This document shows, in pieces, positions 45,725-54,093 of a stretch of DNA of 64,000 bases. Made by a program: the position numbers and the translations under genes. The DNA comes from an uncultured Planctomycetaceae bacterium. GTDB taxonomy: Bacteria > Planctomycetota > UBA8742 > UBA2392. The stretch covers positions 310-64,309 of the forward strand of contig CAZZBH010000004.1 in the NCBI GenBank assembly GCA_964652605.1, written 5' to 3'. Numbering within the stretch: position 1 is the stretch's first letter; each line of letters opens with the position of its first letter. The notes under the pieces were generated by a model, which worked only from the letters and a program-made list of their open reading frames with translations, was not told where the DNA came from and searched no databases.

Positions 45725-47863
45725 ATGAACCGTGTGATTCTGACAGTACTGATTCAATTGACCTGTATAGTTGGCGCTGCTTGCGCAGGCGCTCAGGCGC
45801 TGGCGGGTACGTACACGTGCGCGAATGGGAACCCGAGCAACGCCTATGACTACGGTGACATTGGCGACTTTTTCGACGACCTTGAGGAGTACGGTATAAG
45901 TGCTTCAGTTACGCTCGATGTGTACGACGACGGGGGACACTTCGCATCCAACGATTCCTACAAGTTGGGGTTTGATGGCGATGGCTTGAACCCGATTGCT
46001 CGCCCTGTGCTTGGTCTTAACTCATCACACACTCTTACGCTTCGTGCAGCTGTCGGCGAGAGCCCTGTAATCTCGGGCGGCGGCGCCAATGGCGTGGATC
46101 CGGCAGTGAGTCTGAACGTCATGGGCGGGATGTTCTTTGCCAATATCGGACACATTACAATCGAGGGCCTAGAGTTCACCGGCGGAGACTTTGGCGTCTT
46201 TCTGTACAACTTGGACGGCCGAGGCAACATTCGCATCGCTCGTTGCAAGATATATGACCTCACAGGCCCTGTGGCGGTGGGAATTGTCGGGGATCCCGCA
46301 ATTCCATCGCACCCCCACAGCGTCACGATTGAGAACAACATGTTCTGGAACTGCGTCGGTCCCAAGGCTCTCGGGATAGCGGGCTGGGGTGTCGTGTGCT
46401 CGCTTTGGACAGGAACCAACTGGATCGTTCGCAACAACACCATTGTTCACATCAGCACGACTGGCACGGGCTGGGATGCATTCAATTTTAGAGGGGATCC
46501 AGTCGCGGATTTCAGCGGAAACATAGTTTACATCGACCACGTCAATTCCAGACAGGTTTTCAATGCAGTCAAACCGCTCCATGCGGACCGGAACGTCGTC
46601 TATATGGGCGGACAAGCCAAGATGTCGTGGGGGACAACAGATTGGGCACTCTGGCAAAGTTGGGGTCTTGACGCCAACGGAGTAAACGCCGATCCGCAGC
46701 TTATGAGTGTTACTCCCGGCGCCGAAGACCTGCGCCTTTTGCCCAACTCGCCAGCGCGCGACTTGATTCCTTCCAGCAGTCTCACCGACGACGTTCTCGG
46801 CAACCCCCGCCCCTGGGGCTCGGGCTACGACGCCGGTGCGCACGAATTCAACAACTATCCGGCTGAGGCGTCCCTTGCCGCAGGCTCGTCACTGGCCGGG
46901 CCTTCCGGCGGGCCATTTGAGACTACGCTTGCGCCAGGCTCGACACTCTCCGGCGTCACCATCGAACTGACTGACCTTGAAAGCGATGCCATCTCAGTCA
47001 CAGGCATTACCTGGGGCACTCCCGGGTTGCACGGCGTCAACGCCCCCGCCTTACCGGCCCCCGGCCATCCCGTTGTACTTGCGTGGACCGGCGCACTTGG
47101 CCCATCCAGCGCTCCCGGCACTCACACCTGGACGGTGGAGTTCACCGACGCGGGCAGCAATTACCCGCGATCATGCATCGTCAGTATCACCATTCCCCCC
47201 TTGTCGATCACCACCCACGGCCCCCTTGCAGCCGGCGAAGTCGGAACGCCCTACTCCGCAGCCATCCAGTTTGCCAACGCAACCGGCACACCCGCGTTCA
47301 CCTTGCACTCCGGCACGCTGCCCCCCGGCTTGAACCTGGCGGCAACCGGCGAAATCACCGGCACGCCGACACAGCCGGGCGCGTACAACTTCACGGTGCA
47401 AGCCGCCGACAACTTCACCACTGTGCTGCAAGCCTTTGACGTGCTGATTGATCCGCACCCCAACCCGATCCGCATCACCACGGCTGTACTGCCGGAAGGC
47501 ACTCGGGGTAAGACGTACTTCGCCAGCATCCAGACCGAGGACGCCAGCGGCACCGTCACGTTCACGCTGCAAAGCGGAGCGCTGCCGCCCGGGCTGAGCA
47601 TGGGCACAACCGGAGCGATTTTCGGCAATCCGGCAAAGACCGGCGAATATTCGTTCACCGTGCAAGCCGCCGACGACTACACGACGGCTATGCAGGCCTA
47701 CACCCTGCGAATCGCGAAGCCAGCCGGTCCCGGCCCCGACACCGGTTGCGTCGCTGTTGCTGTCCAACCTTGGAGGACCAGCATACTGGCATTGCTACTG
47801 GCGGCCGCCGCCCTGGCAGCCACGCACATTCGGGGCAGACAACCGGGACGGGGAACCAGGTGA
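45725..47863 (+). CDS. Secreted right-handed beta-helix protein with tandem Ig-like (He_PIG-type) domains and Cys-containing C-terminal anchor (module B)
   Basis: Signal peptide; GTYTCANGNP..DYGDIGDFFDDLEEYG; beta-helix-like repeats (ITIEGLEFTGG, IENNMFWNC, VRNNTIVH). Two copies of GTPYSAAI..TLHSGTLPPGLNL..TGEITGTPTQPGAYNFTVQAAD; the tail is DTGC..ILALLLAAAALAAT..R-rich. Confidence 0.85.
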   Translation: MNRVILTVLIQLTCIVGAACAGAQALAGTYTCANGNPSNAYDYGDIGDFFDDLEEYGISASVTLDVYDDGGHFASNDSYKLGFDGDGLNPIARPVLGLNSSHTLTLRAAVGESPVISGGGANGVDPAVSLNVMGGMFFANIGHITIEGLEFTGGDFGVFLYNLDGRGNIRIARCKIYDLTGPVAVGIVGDPAIPSHPHSVTIENNMFWNCVGPKALGIAGWGVVCSLWTGTNWIVRNNTIVHISTTGTGWDAFNFRGDPVADFSGNIVYIDHVNSRQVFNAVKPLHADRNVVYMGGQAKMSWGTTDWALWQSWGLDANGVNADPQLMSVTPGAEDLRLLPNSPARDLIPSSSLTDDVLGNPRPWGSGYDAGAHEFNNYPAEASLAAGSSLAGPSGGPFETTLAPGSTLSGVTIELTDLESDAISVTGITWGTPGLHGVNAPALPAPGHPVVLAWTGALGPSSAPGTHTWTVEFTDAGSNYPRSCIVSITIPPLSITTHGPLAAGEVGTPYSAAIQFANATGTPAFTLHSGTLPPGLNLAATGEITGTPTQPGAYNFTVQAADNFTTVLQAFDVLIDPHPNPIRITTAVLPEGTRGKTYFASIQTEDASGTVTFTLQSGALPPGLSMGTTGAIFGNPAKTGEYSFTVQAADDYTTAMQAYTLRIAKPAGPGPDTGCVAVAVQPWRTSILALLLAAAALAATHIRGRQPGRGTR

Positions 47864-47896
47864 AATTGAATCCCCCGGCGCGATCACATTCGTGAC

Positions 47897-48814
47897 GTGG
47901 CATTGGCGTCCCGCCAATGGAGTGCCGCGTCCGTCCCGGACGCGCAAGGCGGCCATTCGAGCAATGGCGAGGGCGGATCAAGTCTTGCGATAGCGTATCA
48001 AAGCAACACCAATGCGAAAGCTACAGGAGGAAACTCTGCAGGTTCCAATGGGGGTAATGCTTCCGTGGGGGCGCTCGGTCATGCAGCAGCGTACGGCGGT
48101 CACGCTGGAGGAAATGGACATGGTGGATTCGCAGAGATCATTACGAACTGCGGGTCTGTGCACCTCCAAGGAGGCGATGGGGCTGGGAATGCCGGACTTG
48201 GTGGCGATGCAGTTGTGCCACTCTCGCCTCATACCTGTGCGGGTTTCTGTGAGTGCTACGGAGGTAATGGCAGCGGATCAGGCAGGGGCGGAGACGCAAC
48301 GGCACGAAGCGTTGGTGGTGAAGCCGCGGCATTCGGTGGGCAGTCTGTGGATGCTAGAGCAGGACGTGCTGTTGCGGAAGCACTGACGCACGCACTGGCG
48401 GTTGGCGGTCATGCCAGCCCAACATCTTACGTGCCTACAAGCATTGGAGGCGATGCAGAAGCAGTTAGTGCAGCAACCACCACGGGGAGTGGTAGTGCCG
48501 CAGCGTACGCCGGCGAGGGCATCAGCGGTGGCGACTCCTTCGCGGAAGTAAACTGCGCCAACGGGACTGCAACCGCACAGGGCGGAGATGGCGTGGATCC
48601 AACAAGCACGCCCGGAGGATCAAGCGACGGTTGCGCCGAAGCTTGGGGAAATGTCTCCGGGTCCCGAACTATCGCCATATCCGGAAGCGCAGCCGGGGTT
48701 GGCTTGGGCATGGCTGGCAATGGGAGAGCGGAAGGGCCGCCCGCATCGACGCCTGTGCTGGTCACCGCAACCAATCACCAAGCTGTTACAACAGGTCTGA
48801 TCATTTGGCCGTAA
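47897..48814 (+). CDS. Glycine-rich repeat protein, 5'-truncated paralog of module A (no signal peptide)
   Basis: GTG start 34 nt after the module B stop. It aligns to the last ~80 aa of 43305..44975 plus 44976..45647 (VHLQGGDGAGNAG vs SLRL*GGNGAGNGAG). Confidence 0.6.
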   Translation: MALASRQWSAASVPDAQGGHSSNGEGGSSLAIAYQSNTNAKATGGNSAGSNGGNASVGALGHAAAYGGHAGGNGHGGFAEIITNCGSVHLQGGDGAGNAGLGGDAVVPLSPHTCAGFCECYGGNGSGSGRGGDATARSVGGEAAAFGGQSVDARAGRAVAEALTHALAVGGHASPTSYVPTSIGGDAEAVSAATTTGSGSAAAYAGEGISGGDSFAEVNCANGTATAQGGDGVDPTSTPGGSSDGCAEAWGNVSGSRTIAISGSAAGVGLGMAGNGRAEGPPASTPVLVTATNHQAVTTGLIIWP

Positions 48815-48822
48815 ACCAAGTG

Positions 48823-48855
48823 AAAGGGACCGAGAGCTGTGCTCTCGGTCCCTTT
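48823..48855 (+). terminator. 15-bp perfect hairpin after the module A' gene
   Basis: AAAGGGACCGAGAGC-TGT-GCTCTCGGTCCCTTT lies 9 nt after the stop. An analogous 9-bp hairpin at 45654..45683 follows module A. Confidence 0.6.
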
Positions 48856-48898
48856 CGTGTAGACTGCATCGAATTGTCTGAGGCACAGTGAGGGCCAC

Positions 48899-50779
48899 AT
48901 GTGGTATCGGCTCATCTTCGCCGCAATGCTTGCCACATGCGCCATGTCCGCAGTCCCGGCTAGTGCACAGGCGCTGGGCGGCACATACACGTGCGCGAAC
49001 GGGAATCCGGGCGGCGCGTTTGATTACGCTGACATCGGCGATTTCTTCAATGACTTAGAGGAGTACGGCGTCAACGCGCCCGTGGTGCTGAGAATTTACG
49101 ACGACGGCGGTCCGTTTCTGTCAAAGGAGTCTTACCTGCTGGGTCTCGACGGCCAATGGCCTACTGCAGTTTTGCGACCAGTCGCAGGACTTGGTCCAGC
49201 AAACACCCTGAGCATTAGCGCAGCACTCGGTGAGTCCCCGCAAATCCTCGGTGGAGGTGCAGTGAGCCACGATACTACTCCAACGAACACCAAGGGGGCC
49301 ATGGCATTTCACGACGTAAGCTACACCACGATTCAGGGGATTGAGTTTACAGGAGGTGATTTTGGAGTTCATTGGGCAGTGTATTCACCACTTGTCGGCG
49401 ACCAGATCCGTGTCTCGCGCTGCAAGTTCCATGGGATTTCGCGGACGTCTGCAATCGCGGTTGTTGCTTTCTCCACTGTAGTAAGCAATGTGACATTTGA
49501 GAACAATGTGATTTGGGATTGCCATGGCGGGGCAGGCGGTCTCGGAACGTTCGGCGTGGTCTCAATCTACAGCGCGGGCGCAAACTGCGTAGTACGACAC
49601 AATACGATCGTTCATTTGCAGGGTACGGGGCCCTATTTGCCTATCTACTATCGCGGCGAGACCCACGTTCTGAGTGAGCTCATCGGCAACATTATTGTGT
49701 TCGAGAACTCTTCACAGGTTCCCGCAGTCAGCAGCAACGGTCTGCCGGCCTTCGCCGACTACAACGTTATTCACGTGCTGGATCAGGCCGTCATTGCCAG
49801 CATGGCGCCGAATTGGGCGTCTTGGCAGGCGGCTGTGCTTGATCCTAATGGGCTGAACACTGATCCGCTGCTTGTCAGTGTTGCTCCCGGCTCGGAGGAT
49901 TTGCGGCTTCGGCCTGATTCTCCGGCTGTTGACTTGATTCCCTCTGGTGGGCCGGCTTTGGATGTGTTTGGGAATCCTCGCCCCTACGGTTCCGGCTTTG
50001 ATGCCGGGGCGCATGAGCTTCAGAACTTTGGTGCTCGTGCCGGCTTGCCGGCTTCCTCGGCGCTGGTTGGCCCTTCCGGCGGGCCGTTTTCCATTACTCT
50101 GGATCACGGCGACGCGCTGGCTGACGTGGCGATTCAACTTTCCGATCCCGAAGCCGAAGACATCACCGTCTCTTCCATCACCGCATCCGCCGCGCTGGCC
50201 GGAGTCGCCGCGCCCGCCATCCCCGCGCCAAGCCACCCGCTTACACTGGCTTGGAGCGGGTTCATTGAAAACACCAACCCGCCCGGCATCTACACCTGGG
50301 TGATTGAGTTTGCCGACGCGGGCACCGGCTTTGTGATGACTTGCGAAGTCAGCATCACCGTCACCACGCCGCCGCCGGTGGCGCTGCACACACCCAACCC
50401 GCTGCCCGCGGGCCGCGTGGCGCAGGACTACAGCCTGGCCCTGCAAGCAACGGGCACGGGCACGCTGGTGTTCAGCCTGCTGTCAGGAGACCTGCCGTCC
50501 GGCTTGAGCCTGAGCGCGACGGGCCAAATCACCGGCACGCCAGGCACGGACGGCGAGTACACGTTCACCGTGCAAGCCGCCGACAACTTCACCAAAGAAC
50601 AGCAAGACTACGAGATCAGCATCAAACCCAAGCCGCCACCGGACACAGGCAGCGGCTCGTGCAGTGTATCCATGGCGCAACGGGGCAGGGGTGGATCATC
50701 GCCCGCCAACCGCGCACTGGCGCTTGCGGCTCTTGTTTTCTTCATAGGCACACTTGCGCTGGCAAGGCGGAGACGCTGA
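48899..50779 (+). CDS. Secreted beta-helix / Ig-like protein, paralog of 45725..47863 (module B')
   Basis: GTYTCANGNPGGAFDYADIGDFFNDLEEYG is ~70% identical to module B over the N-terminal stretch I aligned by eye, and the domain order is the same. The tail is DTGSGSCS...ALALAALVFFIGTLALARRRR. Confidence 0.85.
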   Translation: MWYRLIFAAMLATCAMSAVPASAQALGGTYTCANGNPGGAFDYADIGDFFNDLEEYGVNAPVVLRIYDDGGPFLSKESYLLGLDGQWPTAVLRPVAGLGPANTLSISAALGESPQILGGGAVSHDTTPTNTKGAMAFHDVSYTTIQGIEFTGGDFGVHWAVYSPLVGDQIRVSRCKFHGISRTSAIAVVAFSTVVSNVTFENNVIWDCHGGAGGLGTFGVVSIYSAGANCVVRHNTIVHLQGTGPYLPIYYRGETHVLSELIGNIIVFENSSQVPAVSSNGLPAFADYNVIHVLDQAVIASMAPNWASWQAAVLDPNGLNTDPLLVSVAPGSEDLRLRPDSPAVDLIPSGGPALDVFGNPRPYGSGFDAGAHELQNFGARAGLPASSALVGPSGGPFSITLDHGDALADVAIQLSDPEAEDITVSSITASAALAGVAAPAIPAPSHPLTLAWSGFIENTNPPGIYTWVIEFADAGTGFVMTCEVSITVTTPPPVALHTPNPLPAGRVAQDYSLALQATGTGTLVFSLLSGDLPSGLSLSATGQITGTPGTDGEYTFTVQAADNFTKEQQDYEISIKPKPPPDTGSGSCSVSMAQRGRGGSSPANRALALAALVFFIGTLALARRRR

Positions 50780-50910
50780 TGAAGCGGCATCGCCGGGACG
50801 GCGATGATACTCCATCGGCCAGAGGCCGATGCCACTACAGAATGTGACAGCCCTGGTGATTCGCCTTGACGGCATCGCGTTGGATGCCAGCATCGCGGCT
50901 GGAGGATGGC

Positions 50911-51354
50911 ATGGACAAGAAGAAGGTGATTGAGACGCTGAACCAGGTGATGGAGCTTGAGCTGGCGGGTGTGGTGCGCTACACGCACTACTCGCTGATG
51001 ATCTTCGGGCACGCGCGAATCCCGATCATTGCATGGTTCCGCGGAGTGGCCACGGAGTCGCTCAACCATGCCCACCAAGCCGGCGAGTACGTCACGGCCC
51101 TCGGCGGGCACCCAAGCCTCAAGATCGGCAAGCTGCTGGAGACCGAGCAGCACAACATCGACGACATCCTGCGCGAGAGCATTGAGCACGAGCAGAACGG
51201 CGTGGCGCTCTACCGCGACCTGCTGGCGCTGGTGGAAGGCAAGGACGTGCGGCTTGAAGAGTACGCCCGCGACATGATCCGCGCAGAGGAAGACCACATC
51301 AGCGAGATCGAAAAGATGCTGCGCAAGCCGGGCACACTGAAGCCGGCGACCTAG
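50911..51354 (+). CDS. bfr: Bacterioferritin / ferritin-like di-iron protein
   Basis: RBS GGAGGA before ATG 50911. The pattern is four-helix ferritin-like, with di-iron ligand motifs ELAGVVRYTHY, ESLNHAHQAGE, EHEQNG and AEEDHISEIEKML. Confidence 0.8.
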   Translation: MDKKKVIETLNQVMELELAGVVRYTHYSLMIFGHARIPIIAWFRGVATESLNHAHQAGEYVTALGGHPSLKIGKLLETEQHNIDDILRESIEHEQNGVALYRDLLALVEGKDVRLEEYARDMIRAEEDHISEIEKMLRKPGTLKPAT

Positions 51355-51779
51355 CCCTGCTTCTGCATCGCTTGGAACACAGCCGCGTACATCTTCATCT
51401 GCTTGACCATGGCAGCGAGGCCGTTGGCGCGCGTCTGGCTGAGGTGTGTGCCGAGACCCGTTTCGTTGATGAAGTCAGGTGGCGTGGCGACGATTTCAGC
51501 GGGCGGCGCTTCGTTGTACGCCTTGATGAGCAAGGCGATCAAGCCGCGCACGATCATCGCGTCGCTGTCGCCCTCGTAGCGTACGTGGCCGTTTTCTACG
51601 GCGGCGTGAAGCCACACGGTGCTCTGGCAGCCCTTGACCTTGTTCTTGTCGGTCTGGTGGGCAGCATTCATGGCAGGAAGTTCGCGGCCGTACTCAATGA
51701 TGCGGCGGTAGCGGTCCTCCCAGTCGGGAAGCGCCTTGAACTCGTCAATGATCTGTTTCTGGCGTTCGGCTACGGACAT
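51351..51779 (-). CDS. sufE: SufE-family cysteine desulfuration (sulfur acceptor) protein
   Basis: FKALPDWEDRYRRIIEYGRELP and the acceptor-Cys motif NKVKGCQSTVWL. ATG 51779 was chosen. Confidence 0.85.
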   Translation of the reverse strand: MSVAERQKQIIDEFKALPDWEDRYRRIIEYGRELPAMNAAHQTDKNKVKGCQSTVWLHAAVENGHVRYEGDSDAMIVRGLIALLIKAYNEAPPAEIVATPPDFINETGLGTHLSQTRANGLAAMVKQMKMYAAVFQAMQKQG

Positions 51780-51840
51780 GGCTACGACGCCTTGCGGCGC
51801 TGCTTCTTCATCTGGCGCGAGCGCTCCTTGAGGCGTGCTA

Positions 51841-52422
51841 TCAACTCCTCCTCGGTGGGGTTCCACTGTTCACGAATCTTCGTGTAATCCCCTTTGCCAA
51901 TCGCCGGCACGACCGGCTTACTCTTCTTCTGGCGTGACTTGGGCATCTCTGAACCTCGCAAGAAATTCGCCTGGCTTCATTACAGCCATGCCCCACAGCC
52001 ATGCCCCGCAACAATGCTCGATGGGCCCTGGCCCAAAGGTACAACTTGCGGTCAACCGTGACGAACACGGCAGCGCCGGCCATCGCGGCAGTCGCCAAGT
52101 GCATGCCGTCTTTCGGCTTCAGCAGCGGCGCTCGACCGCGCGGCGCCTTCCTGAACTCATGATACAGTTCCAGGACTTCCGCGGTATCCCACGCAGCATG
52201 TGACGCAAGATCAAGCCGTTGGAACACTCTCGAACGGCGCACAGGATCGGTGAAGGTGAAGCTGCTCGCCTCCTCGTCGTGCAGCGAGGATCGCATCAAC
52301 TGCCACCGGCCCTGGCGCACGCCTTCGAGGATGTCCAGGACCGCCTCGGACTGCTTCTTAACCAATCCCTTCTGCTCGTCTTCCGGGCGGCCGAGCGCGC
52401 AGTTGTCGAGGTAGATCTTCAT
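51841..52422 (-). CDS. PIN-domain nuclease (VapC-like), with C-terminus frameshifted by a 13-bp tandem duplication
   Basis: MKIYLDNCAL... (N-terminal acidic Asp) and ...DGMHLATAAMAGAAVFVTVDRKL (the PIN C-terminal D motif). The duplication at 51982..52007 shifts the frame for the last ~50 codons. Confidence 0.7.
   Translation of the reverse strand: MKIYLDNCALGRPEDEQKGLVKKQSEAVLDILEGVRQGRWQLMRSSLHDEEASSFTFTDPVRRSRVFQRLDLASHAAWDTAEVLELYHEFRKAPRGRAPLLKPKDGMHLATAAMAGAAVFVTVDRKLYLWARAHRALLRGMAVGHGCNEARRISCEVQRCPSHARRRVSRSCRRLAKGITRRFVNSGTPPRRS
51982..52007. repeat. Perfect 13-bp tandem duplication (ACAGCCATGCCCC x2) inside the PIN gene
   Basis: 51982..51994 is identical to 51995..52007. Confidence 0.95.
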
Positions 52423-52480
52423 TCGCCCCCACTGGAACGTTCAGGTGCTTCTACTATCACGGTGGCGGCACGGGAATAAA

Positions 52481-52495
52481 GGACCAGTTTGGTCC
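52481..52495. promoter_or_regulatory. Candidate operator: 15-bp palindrome GGACCAGTTTGGTCC upstream of sufB
   Basis: A perfect 6+3+6 palindrome 71 nt upstream of the sufB ATG, in an unusually AT-rich tract. Related half-sites GGAC occur at 52512 and 52535. Confidence 0.35.
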
Positions 52496-52565
52496 ACTTA
52501 TACCTTGTAGGACCTAACAAGCCCTGTATTTTGGACTTACGCAGTCAAGGCAGCAGGTCAACATC

Positions 52566-54002
52566 ATGAGCAAAGAGACTATCGAGGCGCTTGCCGTCCA
52601 GGAATACAAGCACGGCTGGACCAGCAACGTTGAAGTCGATCAGCTTCCGCCGGGGCTGAATGCGGACATCGTCCGCGCCCTCTCAGCCAAGAAGAACGAG
52701 CCGGAGTGGCTTCTCGAGTGGCGCCTGAAGGCATACCGCCACTGGCTTGGCATGACTGAGCCCGACTGGCAGAAGCCCAAGTACCCCAAGATTGACTACC
52801 AGGCCGTCAGCTACTACTCCGCCCCGAAGAAGAAGCCCACGCTTGAAAGCCTGGACGAGGTCGATCCCGAGCTGCTGGAGACGTTCGAGAAGCTCGGCAT
52901 GAGCCTGGACGAGGAGAAGCGGCTTACCGGCGTGGCTGTGGACGCGGTGTTTGACAGCGTCAGCGTCAAGACGACATTCCGCGAAGAGTTGAGCAAGCAG
53001 GGCATTATCTTCTGCAGCTTCAGCGAAGCCGTGCAGGATCACCCTGAGCTGGTGCAGAAGTACCTGGGCAGCGTTGTCCCCTACACCGACAACTACTTCG
53101 CGACGCTGAACAGCGCGGTGTTTTCCGATGGCAGCTTCTGCTACATCCCGCCGGGGGTGCGTTGCCCGATGGAGCTCAGCACCTACTTCCGCATCAACAG
53201 CGCGGGCACCGGGCAGTTTGAGCGCACACTGCTCATCGCCGATGAGGGCGCATACGTCAGCTACCTGGAAGGGTGCACCGCCCCGGCACGCGACGAGAAC
53301 CAGTTGCACGCTGCGGTGGTTGAGCTGGTGGCGCTGAAGGGCGCGCAGATCAAGTACAGCACCGTCCAGAATTGGTACCCCGGCGATAAGGACGGCAAGG
53401 GCGGCGTGTACAACTTCGTCACCAAGCGCGGCCGTGCCGAAGAAAACGCAAAGGTGTCGTGGACGCAGGTCGAAACCGGCAGCGCGATCACCTGGAAGTA
53501 CCCAAGCGTGATCCTCAAGGGCGACAACAGTGTCGGCGAGTTCTACAGCGTGGCAGTCACCCGCGACCGGCAGATGGCCGACACCGGCACGAAGATGATC
53601 CACATCGGCAAGAACACGACAAGCACGATCATCAGCAAAGGCATCAGCGCGGGCCACGGCGACCAGAGCTATCGCGGGCAGGTCAAGATTCTCAAGGGTG
53701 CGCACGGGGCGCGCAACTACAGCGCGTGCGACAGCCTGCTGCTGGGCGGCAACTGCGGCGCGCACACCTTTCCGTACATCGAGAGCCAGAACAGCAGCGC
53801 GGTGATTGAGCACGAAGCCAGCACCAGCAAAATCAGCGATGAGCAGATCTTTTTCCTGCGCCAGCGCGGCCTGAGCGAAGAGGACGCGGTCAGCATGATC
53901 GTAAACGGCTTCTGCAAAGACGTGCTGAGCGAGCTGCCCATGGAATTCGCGGTGGAGGCCCAGAAGCTGCTCGGGCTCAAACTCGAAGGCGCAGTTGGTT
54001 AG
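52566..54002 (+). CDS. sufB: Fe-S cluster assembly scaffold SufB
   Basis: The full-length SufB pattern: [39 protein letters not shown]. Confidence 0.95.
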   Translation: MSKETIEALAVQEYKHGWTSNVEVDQLPPGLNADIVRALSAKKNEPEWLLEWRLKAYRHWLGMTEPDWQKPKYPKIDYQAVSYYSAPKKKPTLESLDEVDPELLETFEKLGMSLDEEKRLTGVAVDAVFDSVSVKTTFREELSKQGIIFCSFSEAVQDHPELVQKYLGSVVPYTDNYFATLNSAVFSDGSFCYIPPGVRCPMELSTYFRINSAGTGQFERTLLIADEGAYVSYLEGCTAPARDENQLHAAVVELVALKGAQIKYSTVQNWYPGDKDGKGGVYNFVTKRGRAEENAKVSWTQVETGSAITWKYPSVILKGDNSVGEFYSVAVTRDRQMADTGTKMIHIGKNTTSTIISKGISAGHGDQSYRGQVKILKGAHGARNYSACDSLLLGGNCGAHTFPYIESQNSSAVIEHEASTSKISDEQIFFLRQRGLSEEDAVSMIVNGFCKDVLSELPMEFAVEAQKLLGLKLEGAVG

Positions 54003-54006
54003 TTCA

Positions 54007-54073
54007 CCACTGAGGCACAGAGACACAGAGTTTTGCCCGTAGTTGTCTTCTCCGTGTCTCTGTGCCTCTGTGG
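54007..54073. repeat. 24-bp-arm hairpin of CACAGAG/CACGGAG 8-nt subrepeats between sufB and sufC
   Basis: CCACTGAGGCACAGAGACACAGAG (54007..54030) pairs with CTCCGTGTCTCTGTGCCTCTGTGG (54050..54073), 22/24 complementary, with a 19-nt loop. Confidence 0.85.
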
Positions 54074-54093
54074 TTCAAAAGCAGTTCAGAGAG

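Noticed and set aside
51782-51946. A 54-aa basic ORF between the PIN gene and sufE, considered as an antitoxin or a real gene.
   Set aside because: It has no recognisable DNA-binding antitoxin fold, is in the wrong position (downstream) for most VapBC pairs, and overlaps the PIN reading frames. It is kept only as a note within the PIN finding.
54043-54093. Longer N-terminal extensions for sufC (start 54043), sufS (GTG 56291) and sufD (TTG 54885).
   Set aside because: The sufC and sufS extensions merely translate the intergenic hairpin repeats (…[10 protein letters not shown]…). For all three genes, including sufD, canonical N-termini begin at the downstream ATGs.
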